Positions 18,978 through 28,938 of a stretch of 64,000 nt of DNA are shown piece after piece (within the stretch, counting starts at the first letter, position 1; each line of letters starts with the position of its first letter). The DNA comes from an uncultured Spirochaetota bacterium (GTDB lineage Bacteria; Spirochaetota; Spirochaetia; SZUA-6; Fen-1364), in the NCBI GenBank assembly GCA_963845535.1, contig CAWJSK010000015.1:256001-320000 (forward strand). Direction: 5' to 3'. The position numbers were made by a program, and so were the translations under genes. The notes beneath the pieces were generated by a model, which had not been told where the DNA came from, ran no database searches, and saw only the letters and a list, made by a program, of their open reading frames with translations.

Positions 18978-20810
18978 TCAAATATCCTCTTCCCATGAAG
19001 TTTCAAGAGAGCGGGGGTGCTGGCCAAGAGTGGCTACAGCAATTCTGTCCGGCGAGACCTTCGCATTCTTCTTGAGCTTTGCAATGACTGCGCCGATTTG
19101 ATCCGTGGAGCTGTTACGGAACATCCCCGGAATATGCAGCACTGCCGCGCTTGCGCTGAGGAATGGAAAGTTCTTCCGTCCACCGTCACGGTCAATGGAT
19201 GCAATGAAGCCCTGGGTACGGTCCCGTGGATCATAAAGGCTCAGCACGTCGGCTGCGAACTTGGCAACGATCCCGCGGATCCAATCGAGAAACTGCGGGA
19301 CTTCGATGTCTTTCACTTTGCACCCGGCAAAAAAATCGTCCCCGCCGATATGACCAATGAAGCATCTATTGATGTTTGTCGCTTCTTTGAGGATGTCCGC
19401 AAAAAGAAGGATAGCTCTGTCTCCTCGCCGGAAGCCATACAAATCGTTGAACGCTTTGAAATGATCAAGGTCAAAATAGGCGATGAGATATGTGGACAGG
19501 CGATCATCAAGGGCATGCTCGAGAAACTCTCCAATCATCGTGTTGCCGGGGAGCCTGGTCAATGGATTCTGGTCACGGGCGGTAGAGATATTTTTTTCGT
19601 TAATCACGCGCAAGAGCGACTTCGCGCTGAGAAATCCGACGTATCGCCCGTTCTCGGTCAGAAGAACGCCTTCTGCCATGTCATCAAGGGCGAAAAACTC
19701 GAGGATGTTCTCGATCCTTGTATTTACCTCGGCGACCGGACACTTCACAACAAAGTCCAGGAGGTTTTTCCCAGCGGCTTTGTTGAGCAGCAAGTCCTTA
19801 CCGTACCTCGAATAGGCATATTCCTTGATTGCGCTTTCCCTGATGAGGCCGACTGGCGCGCTATTGCCGTTCGTGACAGGGAAAAAACTGTAGCTCTTGT
19901 GCGTTCTAAAGTTCTCAAAGACCGTTGCCATGTCTGTCAAATATCCCTTGTCGGGGCCATGGAGCTGAATCGGTTGCAAGTACTCCATTTCTTGACTCAG
20001 GAGTGCGTGATCCGAGGACTTGTCTCTCCTGTTTGAGGAGCTCAGGGTGCTGACGTGCTCGTATCTTTCCACGAGCGCGCTGATATCCGTTGTTGGTCTT
20101 TGTACCAGGTAACCCTGGATATAGTCGCATCCTATGTCTTTGCAGCACGCGTACTCTTTGTCAGTTTCCACGCCTTCCGCGATGACCAGGATCCCGAGGG
20201 TATGCGCAAGATTCAGGACTTTGCCGACGAACAGCCTCTTTTTGGAGTCCGTCTCCATGCCTGCGATGAAAAATCTGTCAATCTTGATGAAATCCGGCTC
20301 AGAGTTGTACAGCAGTTGCAGTCCAGAGTAGCCCGCTCCAAAATCGTCGATTGCAATCTTGAAAGTCTGCCGCTTATAGGTAATGAGGGACGCGTCAGTA
20401 CTGACGGTGTAACTCGTCAAATCGTGCCTTTCCGAAAGCTCGAAGACAACCGTATCGGGGTACAGGCCGTATCGCCGCAGGAGTGTGACGGTGCCGACGG
20501 GCGAGTAGTCGGGCATGAGGAGAACCCTATTATCGATATTGAGAAAGAGCTTCATTTTTTTGTGGAAAGGTATGTCGGCGAATTTTCCGATTGCCTTTTC
20601 TCGCAAGGCAATTTCGACCTGGTTGAGAGCTTGTTCCGCAAAAGCTGCGTCAAAAATCTCTTGAATGCTGGCAAAGCCGGCACTTTCCCAACTGCGCAGC
20701 AAGGCTTCATATCCCAGACAGACTCCGGAATGGATGCTGACAATGGGTTGAAAAGCGTAGTCCAAGCCTGCTGTCGCGCGTCGCCATCGTTCAGAAGCCA
20801 TTCCAGGCAA
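18978..20810 (-). CDS. EAL-CBS-GGDEF c-di-GMP signalling protein
   Basis: YEALLR, IDDFGAGYS, AEGVET, QGY; central CBS-like region; DLDHFKAFNDLYG, HIGGDDF. Confidence 0.92.
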   Translation of the reverse strand: MPGMASERWRRATAGLDYAFQPIVSIHSGVCLGYEALLRSWESAGFASIQEIFDAAFAEQALNQVEIALREKAIGKFADIPFHKKMKLFLNIDNRVLLMPDYSPVGTVTLLRRYGLYPDTVVFELSERHDLTSYTVSTDASLITYKRQTFKIAIDDFGAGYSGLQLLYNSEPDFIKIDRFFIAGMETDSKKRLFVGKVLNLAHTLGILVIAEGVETDKEYACCKDIGCDYIQGYLVQRPTTDISALVERYEHVSTLSSSNRRDKSSDHALLSQEMEYLQPIQLHGPDKGYLTDMATVFENFRTHKSYSFFPVTNGNSAPVGLIRESAIKEYAYSRYGKDLLLNKAAGKNLLDFVVKCPVAEVNTRIENILEFFALDDMAEGVLLTENGRYVGFLSAKSLLRVINEKNISTARDQNPLTRLPGNTMIGEFLEHALDDRLSTYLIAYFDLDHFKAFNDLYGFRRGDRAILLFADILKEATNINRCFIGHIGGDDFFAGCKVKDIEVPQFLDWIRGIVAKFAADVLSLYDPRDRTQGFIASIDRDGGRKNFPFLSASAAVLHIPGMFRNSSTDQIGAVIAKLKKNAKVSPDRIAVATLGQHPRSLETSWEEDI

Positions 20811-20861
20811 CCTTCTACCGTTTGCGTGTTAAGAGAAAATGTCGGGAAGCTTAAGTTTTTG

Positions 20862-21896
20862 CTAAGATCTCAGCGCCCTGAGGGCCCTCGGCCGCGGGGA
20901 GAAGGCTGTGCGGATCTTTTGCCCTCTGTATCTCGTCAGGAAGGCCTCAATCCTGCGGAGTATCGACTTTCGATCATCGGTAATAGTGAAGCAGGCCGGC
21001 ACGCGATGGGATCGATAACGCTCAAGGTGGAGCTTGAAATCTGGGAGATCAACGCGGAGCCGTTCAACGCTCGTCGATTTCCCTTTTCCCGTTTTCTCGA
21101 CCATCTCAGCGTTCAATTGCTGCTCCCACTGACCCCGCTGGGGGATGACAAGGATCGGCTTGTTGAGGGCGATTGACTCTGCGATCATCTGATGTCCAGC
21201 CGTCGAAAGCACGAAGGAACAGGCGGCAAGGGCTTCTTCGAAATTCACGTGGGGCCCCGGCACGAGTCGGTAGCGCAGGCCCATCGAATCGAGGATGGGG
21301 AGGACCACCGGTCTCAGGCAGTCCTTGAGATTCACAAGGACGGGGCCGTCGTCACGGACTGGATGTGCAAAGATTCCATCTCGCAGGATCGGACCAGCGT
21401 CGCCCTCGTAAAACGAGATGTGTATCCTCTCGTTCCAAGGCCCTTCCAGCATTCGGGTTGCCAAAGCGGTGATCAAGGCTATAGGGCGAGGTCTCAAGAC
21501 GCGCTGGACGATTCCCGGATGGTTGATCTGGAGGACTGGAATTGCCGCCATCCTGGCGGCCCACGGGAGAAAGGGATCGAAATCAGAGATGACGGCGTCG
21601 ATCTTGAGGGCGCGGAGGCGTTCAACGAGTCGTATCATCTCGAACGGGAAGCGGGCAAGGAGGGGAATGGTGGAGAAAATCGAAGCGAACAGGCGTACTC
21701 TCTCCCCCTTTTTCTCAAAAAAGAAATGGAGGATGCGTTCATAACGTCCCTCACCCATCCGGGAAACGACGAACTCTCTGATTGCGTCGGGCATGAAATA
21801 CACGACATCATGGCGTTGCTGCAGAAGGGGCCCGATGACAGAGGTCCTCGCGGCGTGACCCATGCCTTCGCCTGCGAATGAATATGCGATCCGCAT
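20862..21896 (-). CDS. Glycosyltransferase (MJ1255/VC2487-like, GT-B)
   Basis: MRIAYSFAGEGMGHAAR, VISDFDP, TAGHQMIAES..LNKP...P..GQWEQ..NA. Confidence 0.85.
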   Translation of the reverse strand: MRIAYSFAGEGMGHAARTSVIGPLLQQRHDVVYFMPDAIREFVVSRMGEGRYERILHFFFEKKGERVRLFASIFSTIPLLARFPFEMIRLVERLRALKIDAVISDFDPFLPWAARMAAIPVLQINHPGIVQRVLRPRPIALITALATRMLEGPWNERIHISFYEGDAGPILRDGIFAHPVRDDGPVLVNLKDCLRPVVLPILDSMGLRYRLVPGPHVNFEEALAACSFVLSTAGHQMIAESIALNKPILVIPQRGQWEQQLNAEMVEKTGKGKSTSVERLRVDLPDFKLHLERYRSHRVPACFTITDDRKSILRRIEAFLTRYRGQKIRTAFSPRPRALRALRS

Positions 21897-22008
21897 GACC
21901 GTCCCCTCCCGTCAGAATCCGAGCCTGGATTTGTTAATTTGGCGTCAGCATGCTGTTTAGATTGAGAGAATTCGTTGGTTCACGCCGAATATCGTACTGA
22001 AGGACGCG

Positions 22009-23546
22009 ATGTCGAGAGATCGCAGCGGGGAGCATCGATTTAAAGTCATCCTCGGTACTGAACCGGTGGCAGAGCTGTCCCTGGGCTACCTCTCGCTCAC
22101 GATAGATACGTCTCTGGTGCTGGGAGGACACTGGTGGGGGAAGGCGAAGGGCGTCTCTCGAGGAGTGTCCATCGACACGGTGGCACCCATCGACCTGGGC
22201 GACCCACGGCTGATCGCCTTTGCGAGACTCCTGGCCCCCGCCATGATTCGGATAGGGGGGACCGAAGCGGATCGTGTCGGATATGGGATCAGGGAGAAGA
22301 AAGGCAGGAAACAAGAAGCGGCGGGCGGTCCCGCTGCGAGCCCAGACAGAGAGCTTGTACTGAAGAAAAAGCTCTGGAAACGGATCAACACCTTTGCGTC
22401 AACTGTTGGCTTCGAGGTCCTGTTCGTTGTGAACGCCGGGCCCGGCCAGCGTGACGGCGAAGGAGCCTGGATGGACTCCAGCGCCCGCGCGCTCATCGCC
22501 TACACCGCGGAGAAACACCTTCCGGTGCGGGCGTGGGAGCTCGGCAACGAAGTGAACGCCTACCCGATCACACACGGGTTCAGAAATCGAGTCAGCGCTT
22601 CGCGGTACGTGCAGGACTTCGCCAGGTTCTCTCAGCTTATCCGGAGATTGCATCCCCGCTCCCTGGCCGTCGGGCCGGCTTCAGCCGTGATTCCCGCGCT
22701 TGGTGAACCCAACCCTATCATCCCGGCCCTGGGGAGAAGCGAGTCAATGCGATCGGATGACGTGATGAGCTGGCACTATTACCCGCAGCAGTCCAGCAGG
22801 GGCCGCTTTGCAAACAGGCGCGCATCGAAAAAAACGCTCCTGAAACCGCGGCATCTCGACAGCGTCCGAAAGCAGGCGCGAAGGGTGGTGAAGAATGCTC
22901 GAGGGCGGCAAGTCTGGATGACGGAAACAGGGCACGCCCTGTACGGAGGTGAACCGGGGCTGTCCGATACGTACCTCTCCTCGATCTGGTGGCTCGACCA
23001 ATTGGGGCTTCTGGCCCGCGAGGGAGTCTCACGCGTGTTTCGCCAATCTCTTGTAGGCTCGGACTACGGGCTCCTCGACCAGAACACCTTCGAGCCCAGA
23101 CCCGACTATTACGCAAGCGTGCTCTGGAAGAGGTTGATGGGAAATACGGTGTTCACGGTGCCGCCAATCGAAAGGGCGGATGGGAAAATCCGCGCGTATT
23201 ATCATAGCTCCGCGGAAGAGCCGCGGACCCATTGTCTCCTCCTTGTGAGCCTTCGCAACACCCATTCCCTGATTGACGTCGCTGGTTCGATTTGGAGGCG
23301 TTATATCATCGAACCATGCGGCGGTATCTGTTCTTCCCGGCTCGCACTCAACGGCGTCCTGGTCGAAGAGGATCTCGTCTTTGCGTGGGGTAAAGAGTCG
23401 ACGAGAAGGAAGTACAAGGTTGCCGCCGGGGGAGAGGAGCTCGGGGAGATTCCTGCTGAAGCGCCGTCGGAGATCCTCCTGCCCCCGTACGGCTGCGCGT
23501 TCGTACTTCTCCGACCGGGGGAAAGGGGGCGTGGCAACGGGCATAA
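22009..23546 (+). CDS. Glycoside hydrolase family 79 (beta-glucuronidase/heparanase-like); true 3' end uncertain
   Basis: IRIGGTEAD, WELGNE (acid/base), WMTETG (nucleophile), RQSLVG.DYGLL, PDYY; read-through to 23787 in the track is probably a G-run indel, with an alternative TAA at 23544-23546. Confidence 0.8.
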
Positions 23547-23573
23547 TAGGCATCAATATTATGCTTTTAGTGC

Positions 23574-23603
23574 TTGCATTTTGTATTTCGTTTGCATTAT
23601 AAT
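23574..23603 (+). promoter_or_regulatory. sigma70-type promoter
   Basis: TTGCAT-18-TATAAT in an AT-rich patch 20 bp before ATG 23623. Confidence 0.6.
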
Positions 23604-23622
23604 AGTGCAGGAAGAGAATAGG

Positions 23623-23787
23623 ATGGCAAAGAAGCTGCACGTGGAGATCACGCCGGCGAATTGGCGTCGGATGGAGAAGTATATCGAAGATTACAACGGA
23701 AACCCGCGCCGCGTGACACCACGCTACAAGCCCGCGGATATTATCAACCTCGCGCTGTTCCAGTATCTGAAGAGAAAGAGAGGTTGA
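23623..23787 (+). CDS. Small ribbon-helix-helix-like protein (54 aa)
   Basis: MAKKLHVEITPANWRRMEKYIEDYN...KPADIINLALFQYL; own promoter; paralogous to next ORF. Confidence 0.65.
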   Translation: MAKKLHVEITPANWRRMEKYIEDYNGNPRRVTPRYKPADIINLALFQYLKRKRG

Positions 23788-23793
23788 ACCCCG

Positions 23794-24526
<733 letters not shown>

Positions 24527-24557
24527 GCGGGGTTGAAACTCGAGGAGGAGTTTGAAT

Positions 24558-24956
24558 ATGGCAAAGGCCAAGAAGGTGACACTGATCAGTTTTACCCTGC
24601 CGAACAAGGTAGGTCAGCTTGCGGCGGTCACCGAGCTCATTGCGGGCGCAAAGTTGGACGTCCAGGGATTCCAGGCCGTCGAAGCAGGCGCCAGCGCGGA
24701 GTTCAGACTGGCAGTAAAAAACACCGCAAAGGCCGTGAAAGCGCTTGGGCCCTTGGGAGTTCAGACGAAAGAGGAGAGCGCGCTCCGGGTCCAGATGGTC
24801 AACAAACGGGGTCGGCTTCAGAGGGTGGCCCGCAAACTTGCGGACGCAGGGGTCAACGTACGCTCTTCCTGGGCAACCGCATTCGCGGGCAAGACAGCTA
24901 CCTGCATCTTCCTCACATCCGACGACGCAAAAGCCATTGCAGCCCTTGCGAAGTAG
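24558..24956 (+). CDS. Tandem ACT-domain protein
   Basis: LPNKVGQLA and MVNKRGRLQ ACT loops; GAGGAGG RBS. Confidence 0.75.
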   Translation: MAKAKKVTLISFTLPNKVGQLAAVTELIAGAKLDVQGFQAVEAGASAEFRLAVKNTAKAVKALGPLGVQTKEESALRVQMVNKRGRLQRVARKLADAGVNVRSSWATAFAGKTATCIFLTSDDAKAIAALAK

Positions 24957-24986
24957 AGAACGTTCATGATGTCTTGAATTGAGCCG

Positions 24987-25304
24987 CTATCCCTCCACAG
25001 AGATGGCGGCAACGAGGACATTATCATTCACGAGAATCCGGGTGATCTTGCCCTGAAGGCTTTTTGGGGATTCTTCAGTTCCAAAAATGATTGTCCCCGT
25101 TTTTCCGGTATCATCCTTCGAAAGGAGAAGGCCGGACGGCTGCTGATCAAATTTCAGCAGAAGGCCGCCCGCGGACATGTTGAGGACTCTGCACGGGTAA
25201 AGCTTCTTCTCCAAAGTGAACGTGGCGGGAATGCTGACGGAAGCGCGCTTTTCCTGTCTGCGTTCAGGCGGCTTCTGATCATGCCCCGCGTTCGTATCAG
25301 ACAT
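24987..25304 (-). CDS. PilZ-domain protein
   Basis: ERRQEKR (RxxxR) and NMSAGG (D/NxSxxG) motifs. Confidence 0.85.
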   Translation of the reverse strand: MSDTNAGHDQKPPERRQEKRASVSIPATFTLEKKLYPCRVLNMSAGGLLLKFDQQPSGLLLSKDDTGKTGTIIFGTEESPKSLQGKITRILVNDNVLVAAISVEG

Positions 25305-26621
25305 TGTTCCTCCGATGCTTCCCCTCGCCATACTTTACGATCACGAAAGTGATGTCGTCCCGCTGCGGTGCATCGCCGCGGAAAGACCGGAGGTCTGCCG
25401 CAAGCTTGTCCGAAAGCTGCTGCGGCGTCAGCTCGCCATTCGTCTTGAGCAGCCCCCAAAGGCGTTGCTCAGTATAGTCACGTCCGGCGCTATCCGTCTG
25501 ATCAGTCACGCCGTCCGTGAACAGGACCAGCAGGCTCCCCGGCTTCAGACGGCACACCCGCGTAGCGGGGTCGAGCGTTGGGGTAACGCCGAGCGGCGGA
25601 TTGGACGCATCGGAACCGAGTCGCTTGAGTTTTGCGTCTTCCACCACCAGCATGTAGGAATGTCCCAGATCGCAAATAGTCGCCTCTCCCGTCTTTTCGT
25701 CAAGCTCGATGATGATGCCAGTTACGAAATACTCGAGAGAGAACGTATCTATGATATAGCGGTTGAGCTTTCGCGCGAAGCTCTTGATGGCATGGGATGT
25801 CGTGTAGCCATCGAAGAATCCGCCGAGAACGGCGGTGATCAGAGACGCCGCGATTCCTTTGCCCGAGACGTCGCAGATGGCGATGAGAAGTGTGCCGTCC
25901 GCCAGCCTCTTGAGCACGTAGAAGTCTCCGCCAACTTCCTTTGCCATCGCGGAGGAACCCGACAATGGCTGTGCGCTCTCCTGCGAAGGAGAAGCTCTCT
26001 TTCACAATGGCTTCCTGGAGCCTGCGCGCCAGGGAGATGTCCCGCGCCGTGATGTTCGAGAGGTAGATGAGAAGGTCCGTCGTGGAGAAGATGCCTGAAT
26101 AGCGGCCCGCGGCATCGACAAGCACATAGTAGATGCTCGTGCCCTTGCGCAGCTCCTCGCTGAGGTTGTCGGCAACACCGAAGATGCTCAGGTCATCCCG
26201 GATGAGCTGCGGCGTCTTCATGACGGCGGGGACGAGCTTCCGCTTGTAAAGGTCTCGTCCGTACATCCTGCCCAGGTTGTCGAAAAGCTCTCGGCGCAAT
26301 ACTATCCCGACCGGCTCGGTCTTTTCGTTGACGACTGCCACGGCGAAGGTGACTGGGATTCTTTTCCATACCCGCCGCCAGAGCGTAGACCGAGGCGTCC
26401 TGCGATATGAACATCCGGCTGGACGCAAGCTTCGCAATGACTTCTCCTGGCCTCTTGTTCGGCTCGACGGAGCCGAACATAGTCCCAGGATCATCGGGCG
26501 CAGCCCCTTCAAACCGTGAAGGTTGAAAGCCCAAAACCGAAGAGCCCACGTCGACCGTGGTGAACTTGTCCAGGATCGCCTCAGGCTCCGCTTTTCTTGT
26601 GATTGGGTCTGCTGAGCTCAT
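25297..26621 (-). CDS. CBS-like + SpoIIE/RsbU-type PP2C phosphatase, two +1 frameshifts (likely errors)
   Basis: Joined frames give ...ARRLQ...EVGGDFY, ICDVSGKG, LFTDGV, QRDDIT; extra bases in GGG 26355-26357 and CCC 25958-25960. Confidence 0.85.
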
Positions 26622-26701
26622 CCCGGAAGTGTGACAGGAAAGTGTTAAGGAATTACAAACGATCCGTGAATATTCCGTTAGAGCCGATTTCTCGCTCCGG
26701 A

Positions 26702-26729
26702 TTCACGTTTTCTTCACATTGGATTAACA
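26702..26729 (+). promoter_or_regulatory. Pho-box-like tandem repeats (OmpR/PhoB-type site)
   Basis: TTCACG 26702, TTCACA 26713, TTAACA 26724 (11-bp period). Confidence 0.55.
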
Positions 26730-26766
26730 CGGCAGGGATACCAATTGGTCATCAGGGAGGTCGCAC

Positions 26767-27135
26767 ATGGATATTGCGATCAGGAAATACCAGCGGAACT
26801 ACATCATCGACGTGAAGGGAGACCTGGATTTGTACAACGCATTTCGCCTGAAGGAGGCGGTACAAAGGATGATCGACGCGGACGCTCGAGTGCTCATCCT
26901 GAACATGAAGGACGTGGACTACGTCGATTCGAGCGGCATTGGTGCGCTCCTTTCCATCAACCGCCTGCTCGCAAAAGACGGCAGGAAACTGCGGATTGCG
27001 AGCGTCACACAGACTGTGCAGAACCTGATGAACATCACGGGGCTTGCCGGGTTCCTTCCGATCTCCAAAACCGTGGCCGAGGCGATCGAGACGATCGACG
27101 ACCTCGCCGATGGTTCGAAAAAGCAGCTTCTGTAA
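26767..27135 (+). CDS. STAS-domain anti-sigma factor antagonist
   Basis: GDLDLYNA, VDYVDSSGIG with phosphorylatable Ser. Confidence 0.92.
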   Translation: MDIAIRKYQRNYIIDVKGDLDLYNAFRLKEAVQRMIDADARVLILNMKDVDYVDSSGIGALLSINRLLAKDGRKLRIASVTQTVQNLMNITGLAGFLPISKTVAEAIETIDDLADGSKKQLL

Positions 27136-27195
27136 GGGTTGCACGGCAGCACCCTCGTGAAAGCCCGGGCGCGAACCTCTTTTTCGTCGGACTAT

Positions 27196-28290
27196 CTACG
27201 CTGACGCGACCGTTTCCGTTTCCAGAGCGTTGGTTGACGCGGGCCGCACAAGCGTCAGCGTGGCAAGAGTCTCGGTTCCTGAGGTTCGAATGGTGAAAGC
27301 ATCCTGATCAAAACCGAGGTTTCGAAGCATGAACAGCATCATGACGATGCCCAGCCCAGCGCCTTCTGACCCGTCTTCAGTCCGCGTATATGCATCCGCA
27401 AGACTCGTGAAGTCTTTTGCGATGGCGATTTTCTCTTCGATACGGCTCTTTTCGGCAGGCGTCAAGATTACGTTATTACGGATGCAGATTCTCAGGCCTT
27501 CCGGAATCTTTCGAAACTGGAACTTCACGTACAGCCCGTTTTCTCGCAAGCGCGCGAGGTAGTGATCCACTTTTTCCACTGCTTCCTGCTTGAACCCTTC
27601 CATGCCCGTCGCGTAGTCTCGCTCGTTGAGGATGTCCAGTTTCCTTTCCTCGAAATACAGACGTTTGGTGTTGGCCTTTTTTGCATTCCCCGCCAGCTCA
27701 TGGATGCAGTAGGAGACATTATTTCCCAGAGGGGCCATGTCGACAGCTTTCAGGAATGCGGCCAGGATCCGGTCGATGTGACGACGCTCGCTCGGAAGAT
27801 AGGTGAACGTCCTTACTGTCAGCGTTTTCGAGCGGTCGATTGCATGGAGCACGCTTTCCCAGACGCTTCTCTTTCCGGCAGCCACCCGCAGGCTTCCCGA
27901 GTCCGGGATTGATAGCGCGGTGTCCTTGTGGCCTCGGTCATCCTGCCTCCCTGTCTTCCTGATCAGCTCAAGGGCCTCCCCCTCGGTATTCTCAATGGGC
28001 AGGAAACCTTTCAACCTCGTAAGCTCCATGACGCGCATGACCATAGGGGGAACACGAACTATGCGAAACTGCATGCCTTTCTGCGCGAGCATTGCATTGA
28101 TCGAGAGCAGAAGCCCGATTCCGCTCGAGTCAACGTAGGTCACCTTTCTCAAGTTGAGAATGAATACGTCAATCTTCTTCTCGATCATCGACTGGACCGT
28201 GTCCTTGAGCTGAAATGCGTTGTACAGGTCAATCTCGCCGGCAACATCGATGATATAATTCGCTTCGAAGCCCCTCACCGTGATGTCCAT
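27196..28290 (-). CDS. STAS domain fused to HATPase-like (RsbW/anti-sigma kinase-like) domain
   Basis: N-terminal GEIDLYNA...YVDSSGIG; C-terminal HELAGNAKKAN and EGAGLGIVM. Confidence 0.75.
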   Translation of the reverse strand: MDITVRGFEANYIIDVAGEIDLYNAFQLKDTVQSMIEKKIDVFILNLRKVTYVDSSGIGLLLSINAMLAQKGMQFRIVRVPPMVMRVMELTRLKGFLPIENTEGEALELIRKTGRQDDRGHKDTALSIPDSGSLRVAAGKRSVWESVLHAIDRSKTLTVRTFTYLPSERRHIDRILAAFLKAVDMAPLGNNVSYCIHELAGNAKKANTKRLYFEERKLDILNERDYATGMEGFKQEAVEKVDHYLARLRENGLYVKFQFRKIPEGLRICIRNNVILTPAEKSRIEEKIAIAKDFTSLADAYTRTEDGSEGAGLGIVMMLFMLRNLGFDQDAFTIRTSGTETLATLTLVRPASTNALETETVASA

Positions 28291-28302
28291 CTCCCGCCTC
28301 CT

Positions 28303-28731
28303 TCAAGCGTTGTCAAGGTGAACCACCTTCGTATCGCCCTTCATCAGCGCTACGGCTTCTTCCATGGAATCGACACAGCAGAGGAACTTCTCAAGGCTCA
28401 GGTTTTTGAGAACCTCCATCACCTTCGGATGGATATCGACCATTGCCAACGCCCCTCCTCTGTCAGTGGCAGCCTTCTTTATTTGCACAAAAGCCCCGAC
28501 TGCTTTGCTGGACATATACTCCACGCCGTCAAGAACGAGTATTAGTCGGATGAAGCCGGCATTGATCACTTTTGTTACGCTCCTTTGGAAGAAAGGAGCG
28601 CTGTAGGTGTCGATTTGCCCTCTGAGCTTCAGGGCCATGCAACTGTCGACCTCCTTCATCTTTTGGAGGTCTATTGTGAGAAAATCGCATGTGTCCTGAT
28701 CGAACCCAGGAAAAGCGTCGTTCTTGTTCAT
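28303..28731 (-). CDS. STAS-domain anti-sigma factor antagonist (divergent)
   Basis: GQIDTYSA, VEYMSSKAVGAF. Confidence 0.85.
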   Translation of the reverse strand: MNKNDAFPGFDQDTCDFLTIDLQKMKEVDSCMALKLRGQIDTYSAPFFQRSVTKVINAGFIRLILVLDGVEYMSSKAVGAFVQIKKAATDRGGALAMVDIHPKVMEVLKNLSLEKFLCCVDSMEEAVALMKGDTKVVHLDNA

Positions 28732-28862
28732 ACCGGTTATGGATACAGGGGAATGGTTAAGGTCGTATTAACTCGAAAGGACTTCTTGCGAATATTGGCA
28801 TGAAAGGTGAAGAGCCGCTCAGCCACTCCTACGGTTTGAATCGATGTGCCGGTATTCCATTC

Positions 28863-28901
28863 TTCATGAATAATTCACACGACGTTTTTCGATTATTAAC
28901 A
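28863..28901 (+). promoter_or_regulatory. Pho-box-like tandem repeats
   Basis: TTCATG 28863, TTCACA 28874, TTAACA 28896 (11/22-bp spacing); TTAACA 43 bp before ATG, same as at 26724. Confidence 0.5.
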
Positions 28902-28938
28902 CAGGAATGCCCAGAATACTTCTGGAAACGAAGAAGCC

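Noticed and set aside
22009..23787. GH79 fused to a C-terminal DNA-binding domain
   Set aside because: The linker is an AT-rich promoter-like stretch with TATAAT and a separate ATG; G-run indel likely
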